64,000 nucleotides of DNA from Candidatus Calescibacterium sp. GTDB lineage: Bacteria; DRYD01. The stretch spans positions 3,109 to 67,108 of the forward strand of contig JANXCV010000004.1 in assembly GCA_025059235.1 (NCBI GenBank), in the 5' to 3' direction. Made by a program: the position numbers and the translations under genes. A model generated the notes under the pieces. That model worked only from the letters and a program-made list of their open reading frames with translations. It had not been told where the DNA came from and ran no database searches. Below are positions 57,449-64,000 of the stretch, in pieces (the stretch's first letter is position 1; the number at the start of each line of letters is the position of its first letter).

Positions 57449-57816
57449 GATCAGTTCATCAAAAATTGATCAATCAAAATGAAATATTTTACCTCAAGAG
57501 AAATTCCGCTACTAGCCAAGTACTTGATTTGATTTTCTTTATAAGATTGGACCAATCTTTTGTTAATGGAATCTTTCATTTTATTCATTCACTTTCTGAG
57601 GAAGAGGTGTTTCCTGTTGTGGTTCAAATCATAAGGGAATCTGTGCCGGCTAATCCGAGTGTTCTAAATCATACCGAATTTTACAAAAAATTTTGGAAAA
57701 ATGTTATCAGAAAATCGCATGAAAAGGGGATATACGTTATTGGATTCTATTCTGAGATTATTAGTGATAGTTCTAAAGTTCCGACTCAATTATTTTCACA
57801 AAGTACAGATCAATAA
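57439..57816 (+). CDS. Hypothetical protein
   Basis: 125-aa ORF overlapping the preceding gene by 10 nt. No motif recognised. Confidence 0.45.
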   Translation: MFVRSVHQKLINQNEIFYLKRNSATSQVLDLIFFIRLDQSFVNGIFHFIHSLSEEEVFPVVVQIIRESVPANPSVLNHTEFYKKFWKNVIRKSHEKGIYVIGFYSEIISDSSKVPTQLFSQSTDQ

Positions 57817-57920
57817 GTATTTAAGCTATGTAGTTAAAATGAAACATTTGTCTCGTGATGAAAATCTAAAAATAGCAAAGAGTTTTATAAAGAATTCTGG
57901 AGAAGTATTCCCAAAAAATC

Positions 57921-57949
57921 AGGTCAAAATTCTCTAACTGACCTATTTT
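57921..57949 (+). terminator. Possible intrinsic terminator
   Basis: AGGTCA (57921-26) / TGACCT (57939-44) stem, a 12-nt loop, then ATTTT. The stem is weak. Confidence 0.3.
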
Positions 57950-58147
57950 CAAGAAATATCTATATACTTACTATTTTTGTAATTATTTTCAGGGTTTGTT
58001 TTTTGCTTTTTTTTACCAGAACTGGCGAAATATATTACTTGTTGGAATAAAATAATAAAGCTTAGAGAAATTATAAAGTGTTTATAACGGAATTTCTAAG
58101 ATTTGTTTATAATCACAAGTTCTAGCTTTAGTAGCATAAATTCAATT

Positions 58148-58945
58148 TTAAAACTCTATATCACTTATAGAGGGTAGACCAATCACTGGTACTAATTTTT
58201 TGAGAAAATTCACATTGGCTATCAATAAGTCTTTTGTATTTGTTATCTCGTAGAATTTGGAACAAAATATTGCTAGTAGTTCTTCATGTGTAATAATGAA
58301 GTTAATGAATTCAAGAAAATTAATTTGCTTGAAGTTTTCATTTAGTAAGAGTACAGATAATTTTTTGTTTATTTTTATCATGCTTACGCCTGTATATAGA
58401 TTGATATATTTTCTATTTTCTAATTCTTTTGTATATGTTTTGATCTTATAAAAGGGTTCTATAGGGTGTGGTAATGTTTCGAAGTGGGTTAAAGTTTTGG
58501 ATTTTGATTTATCTGGATTGGTTTTGTATAAGATCAAAGAGCTTTTATCAATAATACATATTTTTTTCAGTAGTTCTTCTAGACTTGGTATTATTATGTC
58601 TGAGTTTAGTAATACAAGTTTATTGTATTCAAGAATATGGTATTTGAGTTTATCTATAGTTCCTATATGTCCTAGTGGTTTATGTTCAAAGAGAAAGCAG
58701 ATTTTTTGTTTTTTTACGAGCCACTCATACTTTTGGTTTACATGTTTGTATATTTTGTCTCCGTCTTTATGGAGGTTTATGTATATCACAAATCTTCTTA
58801 ATTTCATTAATGTAGTAAGCTTTATTATGGAATTGATGTTGAAATCGATTATTTTTGAATTCAATATTGGGGATAATGGTTTTGGAAATGGAGTTTTTAG
58901 TCTAGTTCCAAGACCTGCACTAAAGATGATAAAAAATATATCCAT
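58148..58945 (-). CDS. Sugar-phosphate nucleotidyltransferase family protein
   Basis: N-terminal FSAGLGTRLKTPFPKPL (GxGTRL) motif. 265 aa, 2 nt after the GT39 stop. Confidence 0.6.
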   Translation of the reverse strand: MDIFFIIFSAGLGTRLKTPFPKPLSPILNSKIIDFNINSIIKLTTLMKLRRFVIYINLHKDGDKIYKHVNQKYEWLVKKQKICFLFEHKPLGHIGTIDKLKYHILEYNKLVLLNSDIIIPSLEELLKKICIIDKSSLILYKTNPDKSKSKTLTHFETLPHPIEPFYKIKTYTKELENRKYINLYTGVSMIKINKKLSVLLLNENFKQINFLEFINFIITHEELLAIFCSKFYEITNTKDLLIANVNFLKKLVPVIGLPSISDIEF

Positions 58946-58947
58946 TA

Positions 58948-60597
58948 TTAATTATTCTTTGATATTTTTACTACTTTTATTTTTGATTGTGCAACTATCA
59001 TGTCCTTTATTTCGATTTCTAAATTACTATCTATTTGTCTAAATTCACTTATGGATTTCATGATGGTGTCCAGATATTTACCTTTAGTAAATATTAGCAC
59101 TTCTTGATTTTGCATTAGAGACTTTCTGATTTCTGATAAATCCTCGCTATTTAGGATTAGATTATGATTAACATACCATATATCGCGTGTTTTCGGTGAT
59201 TTATTGACGTATAGATTATAAAAACTTACTGTTGATATATCTCCCACCATGAAGATCTTTTTACCTTTTATGGCTTGAATAAACTCCTTTTGATTTGGAA
59301 AAATATCGTGTATGCTAATGGTTATAATGATATAGAAGACTAGAATCTTTAGCGCTGTAATATGTAATATTAACCCTTTTTGGATATTAATGGTGATAAA
59401 ATACACTATTGGAGATATTGAAAAGATAATGATCAGATATTTTTTTAGATTTTCGAACTCATGGGGCACTTTTATAAATAAGGCTATTACAGGTAACAAG
59501 TAGAGGATGAAAAGCAATGTAGATCTTTTAGATGTAGTATTTAATGTTTTTTCGGTGTAAAATGACATTAGTATACAAAGTGGAACAAGTGACGGAAGGA
59601 TGTAGTGATGAACTTTACCCGTTGATAAGCTGTAGAAAATAACTATAGCAAGAAAATAGGTGGTCAAAAAAGACATATGTTTGATTTCATTTCTATCTTT
59701 AATGCTTGTTACAAACGATATTAAAGACAAAATGAATATTTCCATCAGCGGGATAAGGTTAATCAGTAGTACAATCACGTAGAAATAGAATGGGTTTGGA
59801 TGCATATTTGATGAGCCTGTAAATCTTCCAACATTGTGAACCATAAAAAACTGATATAAAAATTCTCCGTGAGTTTTTATCCCTACTAAGATAAACCAAC
59901 CACTACCAATGAATAAACCTATCAAAAAAGCTAATGGATTACCAAAAAGTAATTTTAACAAGTGTAATTCCTTACATATAAAGAGGAATACACATATAAC
60001 TAGGAAAACAATAATAAATGCTATTACTCCTTTGGCTAACATTCCTAAACCTATACTTATCCAGAATATGTAAGTCCATAAATTTCTTGTTCTTATATTG
60101 TTATCTTGATTATTTTGATATATTTTGTAGAATGATAATAGACTTAGATTAATGAATAGGGATAGTAGAGGCTCTGGAACAAAAGCCTTAGACTCTATAA
60201 ATATATTTACAAAACCTAGGTAAATCACTACACTTAGGTACTGATAATATCTGTTTTTTATGAAATACTTTGATAGTTCAAAAGTTACTAGACAAGATAG
60301 AAATGTGGAAAAAATTGAAACTAGTCTAAAGGATACTTCTAAATCTTCAAATCCGAAGATTTGCAAAAATTTATACATAAGAATAGCTGTATAATATAGT
60401 AATGGTGGTTTGTCATATCTTATTTCGCCATTATAGTATGGCACTATAAGATCTCCTGAATTGATCATATACAATGTTGCGAAAGCATTTCTACCCTCAT
60501 CTGGATAAGTCATTATCAAAGAATCTATTCCTAATAATAGAAATAGAAAAACACCTGTCCAAAACAGAATATTCACATAATTTAATCTTTTTGGCAT
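58948..60597 (-). CDS. Glycosyltransferase family 39 (ArnT/PMT-like, polyprenyl-phosphate-sugar dependent)
   Basis: YPDEGRNAFATLYMINSGDLIVPYYNGEIRYDKPPLLYY first-loop motif and more than 10 TM helices. Confidence 0.8.
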   Translation of the reverse strand: MPKRLNYVNILFWTGVFLFLLLGIDSLIMTYPDEGRNAFATLYMINSGDLIVPYYNGEIRYDKPPLLYYTAILMYKFLQIFGFEDLEVSFRLVSIFSTFLSCLVTFELSKYFIKNRYYQYLSVVIYLGFVNIFIESKAFVPEPLLSLFINLSLLSFYKIYQNNQDNNIRTRNLWTYIFWISIGLGMLAKGVIAFIIVFLVICVFLFICKELHLLKLLFGNPLAFLIGLFIGSGWFILVGIKTHGEFLYQFFMVHNVGRFTGSSNMHPNPFYFYVIVLLINLIPLMEIFILSLISFVTSIKDRNEIKHMSFLTTYFLAIVIFYSLSTGKVHHYILPSLVPLCILMSFYTEKTLNTTSKRSTLLFILYLLPVIALFIKVPHEFENLKKYLIIIFSISPIVYFITINIQKGLILHITALKILVFYIIITISIHDIFPNQKEFIQAIKGKKIFMVGDISTVSFYNLYVNKSPKTRDIWYVNHNLILNSEDLSEIRKSLMQNQEVLIFTKGKYLDTIMKSISEFRQIDSNLEIEIKDMIVAQSKIKVVKISKNN

Positions 60598-61713
60598 CTA
60601 TATGTATTTTTTATATTTGAAATATATAAGTCCAGTTATTATAGCGGAGAAGATAACGAATAGTGTAAAGAAGTATCCATATTTCCATTTTAGCTCTGGC
60701 ATATTCTCAAAATTCATGCCGTATATACTTGCTATGAATATAGCAGGTACGAAAATTGTGTTTATAACTGTAAGTATTCTAACGCTTTCATTGAACCTAA
60801 CATTAAGAATAGATAAGTAAGTTTCCAAAAGGTAAGATATAAAGTCGTTTAGGTTATCTACCATTTCTATTGTCTTATAGATATGATCTAGTAGGTCTTG
60901 AATATGATATTTTATTTCCTCTTTGAATAGTGAAACTTTTAGTCCTTTTACTACTTCTAATAAGTTAAGAAAATCTCTTTTTATTACTCCTAAATTAGTT
61001 CTTATGAAATATATAGTTTCTATTTCAATATTTTCTTTACTAAAGATCTTTTTTTCGAGTTCTTTTAGGTAGTCTTCTATATCTTCCATGAAAGCTAGAT
61101 ATCTATCTACCGATAGATCTATAAGGTAATAGATAAAGAAATCGATGTTATTATGTTTTATGTGGTTTATATTTTTCCTAAGAGGATCTAATATATCACC
61201 TTGTAGTCCTTCTTGAAAAATTATGATCAGGTTTTTGTGTAGTATTATACTAAATTGTTCGTATATTTTAGGTATTTGTGATTCTTCTATTTTTTTTATG
61301 TCATATTCAATTGGAGTTTTGATAATAATAAAGAATAGATCTTTTCGAGTCTCATATTTTATTCTTTGATCAGTATTAAGTACATCTTCTATTATGAATT
61401 CATCGAAATTTAAAAGATACTTTCTTATTATTTTGGGAATAGTATTGTTTGAATTTGTGTCTATGTTTATTATATAGTTATATTCACTTGTAATTGTTTT
61501 TAATTCATCTTCAAACTTTTGTAGATTTTGAAGATCTGATATAATTGTTGCTTGTGATTCTTTTGAATTGAACTTAAATATTTCTATTTTACCTTGTATT
61601 TTCTCTTGGGATTCTTGTTGTATGACGTTTTGAGGTAATTTACCTATTTTGTTTTTACGCTTGTATAAGAGTTTTATTGATTTTGTAGCCAGCTTTTTCA
61701 TTTTATCCATCAT
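60598..61713 (-). CDS. corA: Magnesium/cobalt transporter CorA
   Basis: YGMNF (GMN) motif between two C-terminal TM helices, 371 aa. Confidence 0.88.
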   Translation of the reverse strand: MMDKMKKLATKSIKLLYKRKNKIGKLPQNVIQQESQEKIQGKIEIFKFNSKESQATIISDLQNLQKFEDELKTITSEYNYIINIDTNSNNTIPKIIRKYLLNFDEFIIEDVLNTDQRIKYETRKDLFFIIIKTPIEYDIKKIEESQIPKIYEQFSIILHKNLIIIFQEGLQGDILDPLRKNINHIKHNNIDFFIYYLIDLSVDRYLAFMEDIEDYLKELEKKIFSKENIEIETIYFIRTNLGVIKRDFLNLLEVVKGLKVSLFKEEIKYHIQDLLDHIYKTIEMVDNLNDFISYLLETYLSILNVRFNESVRILTVINTIFVPAIFIASIYGMNFENMPELKWKYGYFFTLFVIFSAIITGLIYFKYKKYI

Positions 61714-61723
61714 TTGATCTTAT

Positions 61724-61749
61724 TTATAATTATAATATTATAATTATAA
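61724..61749. promoter_or_regulatory. Twin 12-bp perfect palindromes in the corA / lipoprotein divergent promoter region
   Basis: TTATAATTATAA at 61724-35 and again at 61738-49. Each is its own reverse complement and each contains TATAAT on both strands. Confidence 0.45.
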
Positions 61750-61853
61750 TAATGTCTTTATGCTTCCTTTTAGAAAGGGGAAAAAGGTAGAAGGTAGAAA
61801 AGTATATAAAAATAGAAGATAAGAAGTAAAACATAAAAAAAGGAGGTGAAAAA

Positions 61854-62906
61854 ATGAATAAATTCAAGAGAATAGCTATACTATCCTTGGCTATAATAAT
61901 GGTTTCTCTTTCTTTAATTCTGTCGGGATGTTTTAATTCTTCTAGAGGAGGATTGAATCCTGTTCTGTTGGGTGGAGGTTCTGGTGGAAGTGAACCATCT
62001 TTTAGTGCTGCGATTCCATTTGACGATATTTCAGATAACCCCGGAGTTGTTTTTGTAGATCCATCTGATGACTTTTATAACAATGATGATGGATTGGCTA
62101 CCCTATCTGATGCTATACCTTTTAATTTTACATTGTTTGGAAGTTCTGATAGCACTTTTACGGCCCCTATAGATGTGGTTTTGTGTACAAATGGTTGGTT
62201 TTCTTTTGATTCAAATATAGGTGAAGATTTTTTTGATTCTTACAACAACGTGGATTATTTAGATGATGTTTTGGTGGGTGATTATTATGGGCCGTATAAT
62301 TCGTTTATAGCACCTTTTTGGGATGATTTGTATATGGAAACCTCAGAATCTCATGGTGCTTGGTACATAACAACTGGTTCCTCTCCTAATAGAAGGTTTA
62401 TAGTCCAATGGTACGTTGAGGGTTCGAGTCAATTTGACAACCAATTGATTTTCCAGGCTATATTATTTGAAAATTCTAATGATATACAATTTTCTTATGC
62501 AATTATGAATGATGTTGATGAGGATGATGAAATAGGTGATTCAGGTTCTGTTAATGGCTCATCTGCTACAATTGGTGTCATGGTAGGTGAAGATAATGAA
62601 CTTGAATCTATGGCAAAAATTTACTCTATAAACGTTCCACGTAGTATTCCTTCTATTCCTTCTGGTCAGGCTTATTACATATACTTTAAGGCTAACGGTC
62701 AAACATATGATATCTATACAGGTTTTGTAAGTGCTTCAATATCATTATCTTTACCTAATATATTGTCAAATAGAAATCAGAATGTTACTGCTAATAGAAC
62801 TAATAAACCTAAAGGTAAAGATTATGGTTTCAGTTGGTTTTATAGAAATAACACTATGCAAGAGTTGATGAATTTTATAAATAGTATAAAGCAAAATAGG
62901 GAGTAA
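61854..62906 (+). CDS. Lipoprotein with a NIDO-like extracellular domain
   Basis: Lipobox LILSGC after a signal peptide. IPFNFTLFG..VVLCTNGWFSF..FIAPFWDDL..RFIVQWY..FQAILFENSNDIQFSY resembles the nidogen-type domain pattern. AAGGAGGTG SD. Confidence 0.6.
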   Translation: MNKFKRIAILSLAIIMVSLSLILSGCFNSSRGGLNPVLLGGGSGGSEPSFSAAIPFDDISDNPGVVFVDPSDDFYNNDDGLATLSDAIPFNFTLFGSSDSTFTAPIDVVLCTNGWFSFDSNIGEDFFDSYNNVDYLDDVLVGDYYGPYNSFIAPFWDDLYMETSESHGAWYITTGSSPNRRFIVQWYVEGSSQFDNQLIFQAILFENSNDIQFSYAIMNDVDEDDEIGDSGSVNGSSATIGVMVGEDNELESMAKIYSINVPRSIPSIPSGQAYYIYFKANGQTYDIYTGFVSASISLSLPNILSNRNQNVTANRTNKPKGKDYGFSWFYRNNTMQELMNFINSIKQNRE

Positions 62907-62919
62907 GGAGGAACTACCT

Positions 62920-63579
62920 ATGCTCAAAAATATTATAAAAGCATCTATCATTTTCATGTTTACTATCTCTTTATCATTAGGTGGTAATACGAACAATCCA
63001 GATATAAGTTTCAGTTTGGGTAGTGATTTTGTTGGTATAGATACCGTAACAGCGGATTTTTCTTTCTTTGCACCGAGTTTTGGATTATATTGGAAGATAG
63101 GTGAGAAATTTAAACTGAGTTTTGACTATGTTACTGGTGAAGATAAGGTTAATGTTGTAAATGATGATTTCAATTTAAGTTGGAAACAGTTCAACGCAAG
63201 CCTAGATTATAAGTTAACTAATGAAGATAGATCAACATTTTTATCACTTTTATACAGACAATTCGAAATAAGTAGCAGTTGGCAAGATATGTCTGATAAA
63301 GATAGTTGGAATGGATTGGGTATTGGGATATCATATAAGCCAAAGTTGAGTGAAAACTTTTATGGTAGTCTAAGCATAAACTATTTCCCAACCTTGACTT
63401 CTGGAATAGGGAATTATTCTAATATCGAATTATCAGGAAGCCTAGAGTATAAATTTAAAAATAACGAAAAATTTTTCTTAATATTACACTATACAACTCA
63501 AAACCTTTCCTCCTTAAGTGAAGAAATAAGTGATTTAAAAATAAATCAAATGGGATTAAAATTCAAAATGAAAATATAA
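62920..63579 (+). CDS. Putative outer-membrane beta-barrel protein
   Basis: Signal peptide (ASIIFMFTISLSLG) and alternating hydrophobic/polar strands throughout (FGLYWKIGEKFKLSFDYV, LSGSLEYKF, FFLILHYT). AGGAGG SD. Confidence 0.5.
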   Translation: MLKNIIKASIIFMFTISLSLGGNTNNPDISFSLGSDFVGIDTVTADFSFFAPSFGLYWKIGEKFKLSFDYVTGEDKVNVVNDDFNLSWKQFNASLDYKLTNEDRSTFLSLLYRQFEISSSWQDMSDKDSWNGLGIGISYKPKLSENFYGSLSINYFPTLTSGIGNYSNIELSGSLEYKFKNNEKFFLILHYTTQNLSSLSEEISDLKINQMGLKFKMKI

Positions 63580-63820
63580 GGCAATATTATTTATGTATTG
63601 ATTTTTGGGAAATACTAAAATGAAAAGAAAATTCAATCCGTATAGTTTTCTATAAACCAGCTTAAGTAGAGGTTAATCACTTGACTTGTTTCAGATTAAG
63701 AAGGATTTTCAGCCATCTTTATATAATCATAATAATGTGGAAGTTAGAAAAGTAGTAATCAACAATAATTTCACGCATAGTACATTAGAAAGTTCTTTTG
63801 TTGGGGAAAATAAGAATTTC

Positions 63821-63865
63821 GACGTAGCAAAAATAGAAAGTAATATAAATGACGTAGCAAAAATA
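63821..63865 (+). repeat. Two identical 15-mers, 30 bp apart
   Basis: gacgtagcaaaaata occurs at 63821-35 and 63851-65. A third partial copy (acgtag) lies at 63879-84. Confidence 0.85.
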
Positions 63866-63910
63866 AACTCTGCTAATAACGTAGAAGACAAGAATTTTAA
63901 GATCACAAGG

Positions 63911-63940
63911 GAGGAAGGTAAAACTGCTTTCCTCTTTCTT
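63911..63940 (+). terminator. Candidate intrinsic terminator
   Basis: GAGGAAGGTA (63911-20) pairs with TGCTTTCCTC (63925-34) to give a 10-bp stem including two G-U pairs. The loop is AAAC and TTTCTT follows. Confidence 0.45.
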
Positions 63941-64000
63941 GAAAAGTTGGATTTTGCTTTCTATGGACTCTTTAAGCCACTCATTGGTATTTCAAAGGGA

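Noticed and set aside
57701-57937. Track ORF 57701..57937 (78 aa)
   Set aside because: Its first part overlaps the 3' end of 57439..57816 in another frame. The independent part (from the ATG at 57839, 33 codons) has no SD and no motif.
61714-61853. M-box (Mg2+) riboswitch upstream of corA
   Set aside because: The spacer is only 140 bp and extremely AT-rich, and it shows none of the conserved M-box helices.

Overview
Visibly AT-rich bacterial chromosome segment, by eye about one third G+C or less (not computed). Genes are tightly packed and many adjacent pairs overlap by ATGA, GTGA or TAATG. Most of the window is core housekeeping. This includes GH57 and glgC (glycogen metabolism), a Sir2 deacylase, a stand-alone EF-G, spoVS, tRNA-Leu(GAG), hemL, truA, rnc, dxs, rpsK-rpsD-rpoA, a Xer recombinase, dnaX, PBP1A, pdp, ilvE, tal, ftsH, hpt, gatA, hemW, a photolyase and corA. 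A secretin, a GspF/PilC-type platform protein, an ArnT-like GT39 and a putative beta-barrel protein suggest a diderm cell envelope. I found no CRISPR array, intact transposase, rRNA or recognisable defence system. The only accessory-looking stretch is about 33.8-37.1 kb. It holds a 1.8-kb ORF-poor gap, a second lytic-transglycosylase paralogue with a G/F/P-rich N-terminus, and a 259-bp G-rich, C-poor segment bracketed by perfect 30-bp direct repeats. That stretch lies between a tandem pair of unusually long M48 (HtpX-like) proteases and an orphan secretin gene. Other points worth checking are a pseudoknot-capable leader ahead of rpsD, a tRNA wedged between spoVS and hemL with 3-nt and 9-nt spacers, an M48 protease with a P/Q/Y-rich tail, and twin 12-bp palindromes at the corA divergent promoter. 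None of these is demonstrated to be a new system. All functional calls rest on motifs I could read in the translations, without database searches.
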